NCBI GenBank assembly: GCA_964582295.1
Contig: CAZOQP010000001.1
Location: 148,754-212,753 of the forward strand
Direction of reading: 5' to 3'
From: an uncultured Candidatus Saccharibacteria bacterium
GTDB lineage: Bacteria > Patescibacteriota > Minisyncoccia > Phycocordibacterales > Zambryskibacteraceae
Length of the DNA stretch: 64,000 nt
This document shows positions 26,342 through 35,506 of this stretch, piece after piece. The notes under the pieces are model-generated. The model was given only the letters and a program-made list of their open reading frames with translations. It did not search any database and was not told where the DNA came from. Position 1 is the stretch's first letter; each line of letters opens with the position of its first letter. The position numbers and the translations under genes are program-made.

Positions 26342-27118
26342 ATGGAAAACAATCCGACATGGAGCAAAGCTCACACTTGGAGATTTTGGGTGATATTGGC
26401 AGTAGTTGTATTTCTGGTGGTGTCTTGCGTAGGTGGACGTGACGGAGTGGCTGCAAACAGAAAAGTCATTACTGTTCAGGGAACCGGTGAAGTGAGCACC
26501 GTTCAGGATACTATGCGTATTTCCTTCACCGTTACCCGCACAGCAGGGGATGTAACATCCGCGCAGAACGAAATGAACAAGTCTGTCACGAATATCATAA
26601 ATGCCGTGAAGGAGCTAGGTATTTCGGAGAAAGATATAAAAACTACCAGCTACAGTGTGTATCCCCACTACACTCAAGTGCCTGTTCCTTGCTCGGGTCT
26701 TTATTGCCCGCTCTCATATGAAAGCCGTCCGGACGGATTTGATGCTACCCAGACCGTTGAGATCCGCACAAAAGATCTTTCAAAGTCAGGTGATCTTGTA
26801 ACGGCTATTGGAAGGAATAATCCTACAAACGTTTCCGGTCTTGAATTCATCGTTGAGAACGACGAAGAAGTGAAAAGGCAGGCAAGGCAAATGGCGATTG
26901 AAGATGCCAGAAAGAAAGCCAAGGAACTCGCAAAGGATTTGGGAGTTCGCATAAAAGGCGTAGTTTCCTTTGATGAGTCCTCTGGCGGCGGATACCCCTA
27001 TTTTCTCAAAGCTGAAGTGGCAGATGGCCGCGGAGGCACAGGACAGGTACCACCCTCTCTCCCTACAGGCGAGCAGAAGATCACATCAAATGTGACGGTT
27101 GTTTACGAGATCAGATAA
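26342..27118 (+). CDS. SIMPL (DUF541) domain protein
   Basis: ITVQGTGEV, DIKTTSYSVYP, AIEDARKKA..LA..LG, GEQ.I..NV.V.YEI. Confidence 0.9.
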   Translation: MENNPTWSKAHTWRFWVILAVVVFLVVSCVGGRDGVAANRKVITVQGTGEVSTVQDTMRISFTVTRTAGDVTSAQNEMNKSVTNIINAVKELGISEKDIKTTSYSVYPHYTQVPVPCSGLYCPLSYESRPDGFDATQTVEIRTKDLSKSGDLVTAIGRNNPTNVSGLEFIVENDEEVKRQARQMAIEDARKKAKELAKDLGVRIKGVVSFDESSGGGYPYFLKAEVADGRGGTGQVPPSLPTGEQKITSNVTVVYEIR

Positions 27119-27123
27119 AGATG

Positions 27124-27263
27124 TCGCTCGGGGTATTCTCTGAAAATTGGAAGCACGCACTCAGACACAAAAAGAGACCACTCCGGGGCGTGCCCCGGGT
27201 CTTAGTCTCTTTTCGTGTCTGAGTGCTTTACTCAAAAAACATTTTCAGAGAATACCCCTCGCT
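27124..27263 (+). repeat. REP/MITE-like nested hairpin, copy A
   Basis: tcgctc..tcgct ends; core aaaaagagac-cactccggggcg...tctta-gtctctttt. Confidence 0.8.
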
Positions 27264-27354
27264 CTTTAAATATTTGACCTTTTGGGGGGTAGTGATAGAA
27301 TAGGGGGGTGTTAGAGCCCTCGGGGCTTTTTTTATTAACCCACATTTCTTATAT

Positions 27355-27534
27355 ATGAAAATCGGAGAATACATAAAGGAAACCAGAAGCGAGCTTTCTC
27401 ATGTAAGCTGGCCCACCCGCAAACAGGCTATTAGCTACTCTGCGATCGTTATCGGTCTTTCACTTGCCATCGCTATTTACCTCGGTGCAGCGGATTTCAT
27501 ATTGTCCCGACTGTTGTCTCTCATCATCTCCTAA
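27355..27534 (+). CDS. secE: Preprotein translocase SecE
   Basis: 59-aa ORF read by hand: ELSHVSWPTRK plus one TM; directly before nusG. Confidence 0.9.
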   Translation: MKIGEYIKETRSELSHVSWPTRKQAISYSAIVIGLSLAIAIYLGAADFILSRLLSLIIS

Positions 27535-27570
27535 AGTTACTGTTTATCAGCCATTAGTTATTTTTATTCC

Positions 27571-28116
27571 ATGTCCAAACAAAAAATAGAAGTCGGGAGA
27601 AATTGGTACGTCATCCACACATACGCTGGATATGAAAACGCTGTTATGCGCAATTTGAAACAGCGTATTGAATCTCTCGGTATGGAAGACAGGATATTCC
27701 AGGTCATCGTTCCAACGGAAAAAAAGATAAAGATAAAAGGCGGAAAGCGTGTGGAAGAAGAGGAGAAGATATACCCCGGCTATATCTTGGTGGATATGAT
27801 AGTTACCGACGATTCATGGTACGTGGTTAGAAATACTCCTAGAGTGACGGGCTTCGTGGGTTCCGGCGTGTACCCCGTGCCTCTGGATAAAAAAGAAGTT
27901 GATTCTCTCTTTGCTCGCATGAGTGCAGACAAGGTGATGCACAATGTTGACCTCTCTGTTGAAGATTCCGTTCTTATTGTTGACGGGCCTTTCAAGGACC
28001 TTGAAGGTAAGGTTAAAGAAGTTGACGAGGAAAGAGGTAAGGTGCGGGTGCTGGTTTCCATGTTCGGTCGCGCTACCCCTGTGGAATTGGATTTCTTGCA
28101 GATAAAGAAGATCTAA
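27571..28116 (+). CDS. nusG: Transcription termination/antitermination factor NusG
   Basis: [44 protein letters not shown]. Confidence 0.97.
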   Translation: MSKQKIEVGRNWYVIHTYAGYENAVMRNLKQRIESLGMEDRIFQVIVPTEKKIKIKGGKRVEEEEKIYPGYILVDMIVTDDSWYVVRNTPRVTGFVGSGVYPVPLDKKEVDSLFARMSADKVMHNVDLSVEDSVLIVDGPFKDLEGKVKEVDEERGKVRVLVSMFGRATPVELDFLQIKKI

Positions 28117-28138
28117 GGTAGTCTGTCGCAACATTATT

Positions 28139-28561
28139 ATGGCAAAAGCAATAGCTAAAAAACTCAAAGTAGTGCTCCCAGGTGGAAAGGCCACTCCGGC
28201 GCCGCCTGTGGGTCCTATTCTTGGCCAGGCTGGCATCAATATTGGCGAGTTCATAAAGCAGTTCAATGACGCCACCCGCGACAAAATGGGGGACACTATT
28301 CCTGCGGAAATAACCGTTTATGACGACAGAACTTTCACTTTCATATTAAAAACCCCGCCCGCCTCGGCTCTTATTTTAAAAGCACTCGGACAGGAAAAAG
28401 GTTCAGGTCACGCTCCTGCCACCAAAATAGGAACTCTGAATGATAAACAATTGACAGATATCGCGGAAATGAAAATGCCGGATCTTAATGCCGGAGATAT
28501 TGATGCTGCAAAGAAAATCATTGCTGGCACGGCACGTTCAATGGGGGTTGACGTTAAGTAG
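28139..28561 (+). CDS. rplK: 50S ribosomal protein L11
   Basis: [26 protein letters not shown]. Confidence 0.97.
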   Translation: MAKAIAKKLKVVLPGGKATPAPPVGPILGQAGINIGEFIKQFNDATRDKMGDTIPAEITVYDDRTFTFILKTPPASALILKALGQEKGSGHAPATKIGTLNDKQLTDIAEMKMPDLNAGDIDAAKKIIAGTARSMGVDVK

Positions 28562-28605
28562 AAAAGCTTATATTCTTCGGGCAGAACCCATTTCGGAGGA
28601 GCGTT

Positions 28606-28989
28606 ATGAAAATCGTTCTTTCCGATCTGTCGGAAAGTTCACCTAAGGAAAAGAGAGCGCTCGTTCAGAAGATCTACGAGTATCTCAAATCCAAGCCGGG
28701 CAACCGAGCGGCGCTGGCCAAAAATTTCCTCAAAGTAGAGGGATTGCTGGCCAGCTCCGATGTCGCCATCCTTTTTCCGGAATTTCCGTCTGACACGGCA
28801 AAGGAAATCCGATGGCTAGTCCGCACATCCGCTCACCCCATTCTTTTGATACATATCGGGGGTGGTGAGGAAAATGTGTACATGCAAATGTCGCTATCAG
28901 TGCAGAGTGCCAGCATGGAGGTGAAGGGTGAGGGGGATTTTCACAAGATTGACAAAGCCCTCCGACAGATCAAGAAAAATGCCTCGTGA
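28606..28989 (+). CDS. Hypothetical protein, weak nucleoside 2-deoxyribosyltransferase-like pattern
   Basis: SD GGAGGAG; SDVAILFPEFPSDTAKEI...HPILLI. Confidence 0.5.
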   Translation: MKIVLSDLSESSPKEKRALVQKIYEYLKSKPGNRAALAKNFLKVEGLLASSDVAILFPEFPSDTAKEIRWLVRTSAHPILLIHIGGGEENVYMQMSLSVQSASMEVKGEGDFHKIDKALRQIKKNAS

Positions 28990-29108
28990 GCCGTATGCAC
29001 TTCCGCATACCCCACGAGGCATTTTTGTTTTTTTGACAACTAAGAGTAAACAGGTAATCTTTGAGGTGGACCGTTCTTCAAAGTTACCTATGCCAAAGGG
29101 GTGTTCTC

Positions 29109-29741
29109 ATGACCATTGTCACGACTGTTCCACAAGAACCTCTTACGCCCATGCTAAGGGTGGGGAAGGTTCTTGAGCCAAAGATGAACTTTCGACACCG
29201 TTTCATTCCGAATTATGGGGAATTGAAAGAGGTGGTGGCCGCATTGCGTTCTATGGGTAAGCGCATTGTCCTGACCAAAGGGGTCTATGACCTCATCCAT
29301 GTCGGGCATGCCCGTTACATTTCCCAAGCGAAAGCAGAGGGAGATATTCTCATCGTATCGATCGATACCGATGCTCTTACTCGGAAACGAAAAGGGCCCA
29401 CTCGTCCTATCGTCTCCGAAGATGAGCGTGTTGAGATGATCCTTCATCTTCGGTATGTCGATATCGTCACGATACGCGACACACACCACGGTGAGGAAGA
29501 TGACATTGAGGTGATCCGTCCTGATGTTCTCATCACCTCGGAGACGACTGCTGATTACACGGAGGAGAAAAAAGTATTCCTCCGTGATAAGTATGGTCTG
29601 ACAGTTCATACTCTCAAGCCTCAGGCGGAGACATCCACGACGGCAACTATTCGAAATCTCATGATCGATGGACGAGCGGAACTTATCGCAAAACTTCAAG
29701 CTGTTCTGGATGAGTTCAATTCACACCTGCAGGGCCTATGA
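29109..29741 (+). CDS. HxGH nucleotidyltransferase (cytidylyltransferase/RfaE domain II-like)
   Basis: KGVYDLIHVGHARY, GDILIV, KGPTRPI, STT. Confidence 0.85.
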   Translation: MTIVTTVPQEPLTPMLRVGKVLEPKMNFRHRFIPNYGELKEVVAALRSMGKRIVLTKGVYDLIHVGHARYISQAKAEGDILIVSIDTDALTRKRKGPTRPIVSEDERVEMILHLRYVDIVTIRDTHHGEEDDIEVIRPDVLITSETTADYTEEKKVFLRDKYGLTVHTLKPQAETSTTATIRNLMIDGRAELIAKLQAVLDEFNSHLQGL

Positions 29742-30595
29742 GAAACTTCGCCATCGTGGCCTATGTCCCTGTACTTCACTCGGGATATCTGGGATTTTTG
29801 AAACGCCATCCGGGTGATATCCATCTCCTAGATCCAAAAGAATTTCCTATGCTCGATTATCTCGCAAGAGATATGAGAGCATTGCCGCCAGCTTTGATGG
29901 TAAATATCATCAAAGCTGCGCTGTCTAAGGAAAAGGATGAAAGAGAGGTGGGGGTGGCAAATGAAGATACGCTTCGTATTTTAGGTCAGGATGGAACATC
30001 AATTATTCTTCCTGATGAAGATGTATCTCGTGCCGCAGCGGAGAAGTTTCTCGGGGAAGCGAATGCATCCTTCGATCCGATAGTGTTGCGATGGGATTGG
30101 GGGAATGTCCAAAAGGCCGTTGCTGTAGAATCTGATCGCGAAATATCCACCGATGCTCTTCTTGTTGAATTGATGGGGCGTGCGTATGCAGAAGCATCTC
30201 GCAGTCCTGATTGGTGGAGGCAAGTCGGAGCTTTGCTCGTACGGGATGGGAAAGTGATCACTAGTGGATTCAATGTCCATATGCCGACCGAACATTCATG
30301 CTCGGTCATGGGCGATCCGCGCTCTCCTTTCAAACCTGGACAGCAAATTGAACTTTCATCGGCTCATCATGCTGAGAAAGAGATAATCTGCTGGGCAGCA
30401 CGAAAGGGGGTATCGACCGAAGGCGCAAGTCTCATGGTAACTACCTTCCCATGCCCTGTATGTGCAATGGATATTGTTCGTTCGGGGATTTGCAAGGTGT
30501 ATTACTCCGAAGGGTATTCCCTTGTAGCAGCACAAGATATTCTTCGTTCAGGTAACGTCGAGATCGTAAAGGTCTCAAAGCCTCCTCTATCGTGA
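29738..30595 (+). CDS. dCMP-deaminase-family protein with extra N-terminal domain
   Basis: RQVGA, HAE, PCPVC zinc motifs; N-terminal VPVLHSGY. Confidence 0.85.
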   Translation: MRNFAIVAYVPVLHSGYLGFLKRHPGDIHLLDPKEFPMLDYLARDMRALPPALMVNIIKAALSKEKDEREVGVANEDTLRILGQDGTSIILPDEDVSRAAAEKFLGEANASFDPIVLRWDWGNVQKAVAVESDREISTDALLVELMGRAYAEASRSPDWWRQVGALLVRDGKVITSGFNVHMPTEHSCSVMGDPRSPFKPGQQIELSSAHHAEKEIICWAARKGVSTEGASLMVTTFPCPVCAMDIVRSGICKVYYSEGYSLVAAQDILRSGNVEIVKVSKPPLS

Positions 30596-30608
30596 GGGGG
30601 CTTTCGTT

Positions 30609-31070
30609 TTATATTTTGTAGCCGAGTTGAACCATAAGAGGATCAGTTTTTTTTGTTTTCCTCTTGCCTCCTTGTATCACATGGGCGTGAAGGTGGGTAA
30701 CGGAGGCCCCGGTAATATCCCCGTCTCCAAAGCGAATAAAAAAACTCCCGCCGTTTTTAACTGAAGGGAAAGTAGTTTTTTTAATTAATAATAAAAGTTC
30801 CTGCCACTCATCTGGTTTAATTTTAGAAAGGTGTTCAATGTGGCGTTTATGAACGAAAAGAAAGTGGTGGGATGTTCCTTGGTATGGCCAGGCATTTTCT
30901 GTAACGATCCAGTATTTCCCCTTCTTAAGGATGGGGTTTTTATGATATTTTGTAAAATATTTCCAGCAAAAAGGACAAACTCCGTCTTTAATGATCTTTT
31001 TATGAATCGCACGTTGGTCATCTGTACGGGAGTGGTGCATCACCACATGCTTTTTCCTCATCAAAATCAT
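30609..31070 (-). CDS. HIT family nucleotide hydrolase
   Basis: CPFC, N.WPY, HLHAH triad. Confidence 0.85.
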   Translation of the reverse strand: MILMRKKHVVMHHSRTDDQRAIHKKIIKDGVCPFCWKYFTKYHKNPILKKGKYWIVTENAWPYQGTSHHFLFVHKRHIEHLSKIKPDEWQELLLLIKKTTFPSVKNGGSFFIRFGDGDITGASVTHLHAHVIQGGKRKTKKTDPLMVQLGYKI

Positions 31071-31104
31071 CCTAGCCGCTTTTCTTTCTGAATACAAGAA
31101 CCGC

Positions 31105-31629
31105 CTACGCTTGTCGCGTAGGCGGTGGACTGATCCTGTGATACCACAGAAACTCGGATGTCGGTTGACCTTCAGGGGGCGGTGGGTCAGGTGTTCCTAA
31201 TACCAGCCACCATTCTTTCGGATCACATCCAAGCACTTCATGAAAGAACGTATCACCCAGCGGCTCACAATGCACAAGGGTAATAAGGAGACGGTCCGCA
31301 TATTGCAAACCTTGTTTGTATACACGTTCGCCTCCTATCAAGAACACCCCCTTTTCATTACCAGCACGATTGAGGGCTTCCTCAAGATTTTGAACTGTTT
31401 CAGCCCCCTCAGCTCGGTAGGAGTGATTACTGGTGATGACAATATTCCTCCGGCCAGGCAACGGTCTCCATTTTGGTGGCAAGGATTCCCACGTAGATCG
31501 TCCCATGATACCCACTCCTCCTAAAGTGAGTCTCTTGAAACGTTCCATATCGTGGGGAAGGCGCCAGGGAACTTTCCCTCCGTTCCCAATAACACCGTTC
31601 TTGGCTACCGCCGCGATAATTGTGGCCAT
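31105..31629 (-). CDS. folA: Dihydrofolate reductase
   Basis: AVAKNGVIG..G.VPW.LP.D, MGRSTWES, PLPGR.NIV, IGG, GDTFF. Confidence 0.95.
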   Translation of the reverse strand: MATIIAAVAKNGVIGNGGKVPWRLPHDMERFKRLTLGGVGIMGRSTWESLPPKWRPLPGRRNIVITSNHSYRAEGAETVQNLEEALNRAGNEKGVFLIGGERVYKQGLQYADRLLITLVHCEPLGDTFFHEVLGCDPKEWWLVLGTPDPPPPEGQPTSEFLWYHRISPPPTRQA

Positions 31630-31638
31630 TCGCTTTCC

Positions 31639-32508
31639 TCAGGTTGCGACCGGAATTCTCATTCCGGGATGCGGATTGTAGTCCTCAAGCTCAAACCAAC
31701 TCGAATCGACCTTGAAGATGTCCGTAACGGGCCGAATAAGTCTTACAGTTGGAAATGTTCTCGGTTCCCGTTTGATGAGGATGTTCACATTTTCGACCTG
31801 ATTCTCGTAAATGTGAGCATCAGAGAATGAGTGGACATACTGCCAGGGCTTGAGCCCGAGTTGACTTGCAAATGCCTGAGTAAACGCGGCGTATTGGATG
31901 ATGTTTGATGGAACACCAACTGGAAAATCGCATGATCGCTGGAACATATGAATTACCAGCTTGCCGTTGACATTCCGGGCATGTATCCATCCGTGGCACG
32001 GTGCAACAACTGCTTGTTGATTTTCTCCACGCACGAGCCAGAAAGGTATCCATGGCGTGATGAAATGAGTTCGCGCTTCAGGAAATTTTTCCATCTGCTT
32101 AACGAGATTCTGGAACTGATTGAACGTGCTCCCGTCAGGCATGGGGAAATCGTGGAAGGCGCCACCATAAGAGGCCTTGCCGAGCGTGTCGCCAAGTTGC
32201 ATTCCTTCCGCATTTTCTCGCCACTGATCCCACCAACCGCATCCGGCTTCCCTTAAGCCATCGAAAGTTATCTCTCCTCGAACGAACGAAAAGAGTTCAT
32301 CGATGGCTTTTCTCCAGAAGCTTGCGGCATTTCTTTCCGTAATGATCGGAAATCCATTGTCGAGGTCGTACCAGATCTTGGGAGCCGTGAAATCCGTTAT
32401 TGCTCCCACACCTTGCGGAGTAGTTTTGATAACCTCTCCGTTTTTCAAGATGTACTCAAGGCATGAGAGATACTGCCGGTCTGGGGTTCGTTCTTCAGGT
32501 CGTCGCAT
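31639..32508 (-). CDS. thyA: Thymidylate synthase (divergent)
   Basis: APCH catalytic Cys, QRSCD...GVPSNI, DAHIYENQ. Confidence 0.9.
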   Translation of the reverse strand: MRRPEERTPDRQYLSCLEYILKNGEVIKTTPQGVGAITDFTAPKIWYDLDNGFPIITERNAASFWRKAIDELFSFVRGEITFDGLREAGCGWWDQWRENAEGMQLGDTLGKASYGGAFHDFPMPDGSTFNQFQNLVKQMEKFPEARTHFITPWIPFWLVRGENQQAVVAPCHGWIHARNVNGKLVIHMFQRSCDFPVGVPSNIIQYAAFTQAFASQLGLKPWQYVHSFSDAHIYENQVENVNILIKREPRTFPTVRLIRPVTDIFKVDSSWFELEDYNPHPGMRIPVAT

Positions 32509-32584
32509 TGGTTCCTCAAAGGGCTAGGGTCTTTTGACATCCTAGTGTTTTTTGAAGCAATGTCAAAAGTGATATAGTTTCTTC

Positions 32585-33010
32585 ATGTTGACCTTGAAAG
32601 TTAAGAAACTTCACCCCGATGCAAAGTTGCCTGTGTATGCCAAAACAGGTGATGCGGGATGTGACCTTTTTTCGCTTGAAAATACGGAAATAAAATCCGG
32701 AGAGAGGGTGCAGGTGAGGACTGGCATTGCTGTGGAATTCCCGGAAGGGTATTTCGGAGCGATCTGGGACAAAAGCGGTCTTTCACACAAACACGGACTG
32801 AAAACCATGGGGGGTGTTGTAGACTCGGGATACAGAGGAGAGATAATGGTGGGGGTCATTAATCTTTCTCAGGAAACATATAAACTGGAAGCAGGACACA
32901 AGGTGGCCCAGATGATAATTCAGAAAATAGAAAATGTTCATATAGAGGAGTCTCACGAACTTTCTTCTACTGAAAGAGGAGAAGGAGGATTTGGAAGTAC
33001 TGGAAAATAA
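32585..33010 (+). CDS. dut: dUTPase
   Basis: AGCDL, KSGL, GVVDSGYRGE, AQ, RGEGGFGSTG. Confidence 0.96.
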   Translation: MLTLKVKKLHPDAKLPVYAKTGDAGCDLFSLENTEIKSGERVQVRTGIAVEFPEGYFGAIWDKSGLSHKHGLKTMGGVVDSGYRGEIMVGVINLSQETYKLEAGHKVAQMIIQKIENVHIEESHELSSTERGEGGFGSTGK

Positions 33011-34653
33011 TGAAAAATACGATACTCCAAAAAGTTGAAAGCTGGCTCAAAGAAGTTCTTCCTGAAGCGGGGAGTGTTTCGTTTGTGGAAAATATTTCTT
33101 TCGGAGATATCACGACGAATGCTGCACTTGCAATTGCTGCTAGGGAAAAAAGGAAACCCTTGGATGTGGCGAAAGAAATTGCGCAAAAATTGAGAGTTGA
33201 AAAACCTGATTTTATTTCAGACATAAGTGTTGCGGGGCCCGGGTTCATCAACTTCACTCTAAGCGATCCATTCCTCCTCTCTCAAATAAAACATACCAAC
33301 ATACTTGAGAATGTTGGTATGTTGTCGGGGAAAAAGGTGATAGTTGAATACACGGATCCCAATCCTTTCAAGGAATTTCATATAGGGCATCTGATGTCTA
33401 ACGCCGTAGGTGAAGCTATTTCCCGCCTCGTGGCTTCCCAAGGGGCTGAAGTTAAAAGAGCATGCTACCAAGGAGATGTGGGGCTTCATGTGGCAAAAGC
33501 TGTCTGGGGGAAAATCCAAGATCAAGCCCTTTCATGGGGTGAGGCATATGTTTTCGGTGAAAGGGAGTATGAGAACAATAAAGAAGCTATCCAGATAATA
33601 AACAAGGCAATATACGAAAGGAGCGATGAAAAGGTGAATACGCTTTATGATGCCGGCAGGAAAACATCTCTTGAATATTTTGACGATATGTATGAAAAGC
33701 TCGGCACGAAATTCAATTATTTATTTTTTGAGAGCGAGACGGCGCCCATTGGCACCGCATTGGTAAAAGAATTTTTGGGAAAAGTTTTTGAAGAGAGCGA
33801 TGGAGCGATTGTTTTTCATGGAGAGAAATATGACCCGGCGCTTCACACACGTGTTTTCATCAGTTCCCAGGGTTTGCCCACATACGAAGCAAAAGAATTA
33901 GGCCTTGCGAAACTGAAGTGGGATAAAAATCCTTACGACGCTTCCATTGTGGTGACGGGAAATGAAGTGAATGATTATTTCAAGGTGGTTCTCAAAGCAT
34001 CCGAACTTGTGATGCCAGAGCTTGCAGGAAAAACGGTTCACATTTCACACGGAATGCTTCGTTTGCCGAGCGGGAAAATGTCTTCGCGTACCGGAGATGT
34101 GATATCTGCCGAGTCTCTAATTAAAGAGGTGAAAGAAAAAGCTCTTGAGGTAATGAAAGCTTCCGGCCGCGCAGGGGAAGACGAGGCATTGGCGGAAAAA
34201 GTGGCTGTGGGGGCTATCAAATTTTCAATTCTCAAACAGTCTCCGGGAAAAGATGTGATATTTGATATGAACAGGTCAGTTTCTTTTGAAGGTGATTCGG
34301 GCCCGTATTTGATGTACACCCACGCGCGACTTTGTTCAGTAATTGAAAAAGCTCGCGCAGAAGGAATTGAACCAGCGGCAGACATAGTGCCGGCACAAGG
34401 AAGAGATGTGGCGCGTATTATTGCAAGATTTCCTGATGTTGTAGCGCGAGCTGCAGAGGAATTCGCCCCGAATCATATCGTTGAATATTTGCTCGTACTT
34501 GCATCTACTGTGAACTCTTATTATGCAAAAGAGCAGATAGTGGTGGCGGGTGATGCAGGTTCACCAGCCCGTCTAGGGCTCATTTTTGCTGCTCGGGAAA
34601 CTCTCTCTAAAGGCCTCTCTCTTCTTGCTATGGCTGCGCCGGAGAAAATGTAA
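33010..34653 (+). CDS. argS: Arginine--tRNA ligase
   Basis: AGPGFIN, PNPFKEFHIGH, KMSSRTG, SFEGDSGPY, APEKM. Confidence 0.96.
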   Translation: MKNTILQKVESWLKEVLPEAGSVSFVENISFGDITTNAALAIAAREKRKPLDVAKEIAQKLRVEKPDFISDISVAGPGFINFTLSDPFLLSQIKHTNILENVGMLSGKKVIVEYTDPNPFKEFHIGHLMSNAVGEAISRLVASQGAEVKRACYQGDVGLHVAKAVWGKIQDQALSWGEAYVFGEREYENNKEAIQIINKAIYERSDEKVNTLYDAGRKTSLEYFDDMYEKLGTKFNYLFFESETAPIGTALVKEFLGKVFEESDGAIVFHGEKYDPALHTRVFISSQGLPTYEAKELGLAKLKWDKNPYDASIVVTGNEVNDYFKVVLKASELVMPELAGKTVHISHGMLRLPSGKMSSRTGDVISAESLIKEVKEKALEVMKASGRAGEDEALAEKVAVGAIKFSILKQSPGKDVIFDMNRSVSFEGDSGPYLMYTHARLCSVIEKARAEGIEPAADIVPAQGRDVARIIARFPDVVARAAEEFAPNHIVEYLLVLASTVNSYYAKEQIVVAGDAGSPARLGLIFAARETLSKGLSLLAMAAPEKM

Positions 34654-34778
34654 TGCCCCAAGCCATAATATGGCTATTCGGTTTTTTTGTTTTTAAATAT
34701 TCATACTTGCGGTAATTTTCTCATAGTGATTATATGGGGTGAGAAGCACACACCCCACATCCTTTCCGAGGGCTTGCC

Positions 34779-35423
34779 ATGAGATCTAGTGCAGCGGTGC
34801 AGGTGGCAGGAGGGACACTAAACGTCCCGAAGTCTTCCCAATCTCGCTACGAGGGCATCACTGACGAGAAATTGGTAGAGATGTTCCTCTCAGGAGAGGA
34901 AAGTGCCATGGGGGAGATATACAGACGTTACTCCAGGCGCCTAAGGTTTTTCGTGTTCAAGAGCGTGGATGATTGGGAGCGGTCGGAAGATCTCGTGCAG
35001 GAGACTTTCGCACGAGTTAGCAAACATCTGGAGAGGTTCGATAATGGCCGTAAGTTCTCAACATGGATACACACCATCGCGGCGAACCTGGCCAAAAACG
35101 AACTAAGGAACCGACGCCGTAGACCAATAGTTCTGTTCCAGGAACTTGAAAGAGATGGAGGCGAAGATTCGCGTGCGGTGGAGTTTGAGGACAAGAGGCA
35201 AGATCTGGACCGCCTACTTGAACAGAGGCGTCTGCGGAAACTCGTCAGAGAGTGTATGGATAAACTGCCAACACACCACCGCGTGATTTTCTTTATGAGA
35301 GAGATGGAAGGGCGGACATACGCGGAGATGGCAAAGATCCTTCGGTGCCATGAGGGCACTGTAAAATCACGCCTCAATCGGGCCAGACAGTCATTCAGTC
35401 TGTTGATAGCCCCGCATCGCTGA
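34779..35423 (+). CDS. ECF sigma factor (RpoE/SigW-like)
   Basis: EDLVQETF, FSTWIHTIA.N, TY.EMA.IL....GTVKSRL.RAR. Confidence 0.9.
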   Translation: MRSSAAVQVAGGTLNVPKSSQSRYEGITDEKLVEMFLSGEESAMGEIYRRYSRRLRFFVFKSVDDWERSEDLVQETFARVSKHLERFDNGRKFSTWIHTIAANLAKNELRNRRRRPIVLFQELERDGGEDSRAVEFEDKRQDLDRLLEQRRLRKLVRECMDKLPTHHRVIFFMREMEGRTYAEMAKILRCHEGTVKSRLNRARQSFSLLIAPHR

Positions 35424-35441
35424 GGACAGACAATAAGCATC

Positions 35442-35480
35442 AAACGGCCCCGAGATTTGAATAACTCCGGGCCGTTTTTC
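35442..35480 (+). terminator. Intrinsic terminator
   Basis: aaacggccc...gggccgttttt. Confidence 0.65.
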
Positions 35481-35506
35481 TATTTCAGATAAGTTATAAT
35501 AGGAGC

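Noticed and set aside
31639-32508. ThyA homologue as dCMP hydroxymethylase
   Set aside because: Retains Asn at the specificity position (PSNI) and is paired with DHFR
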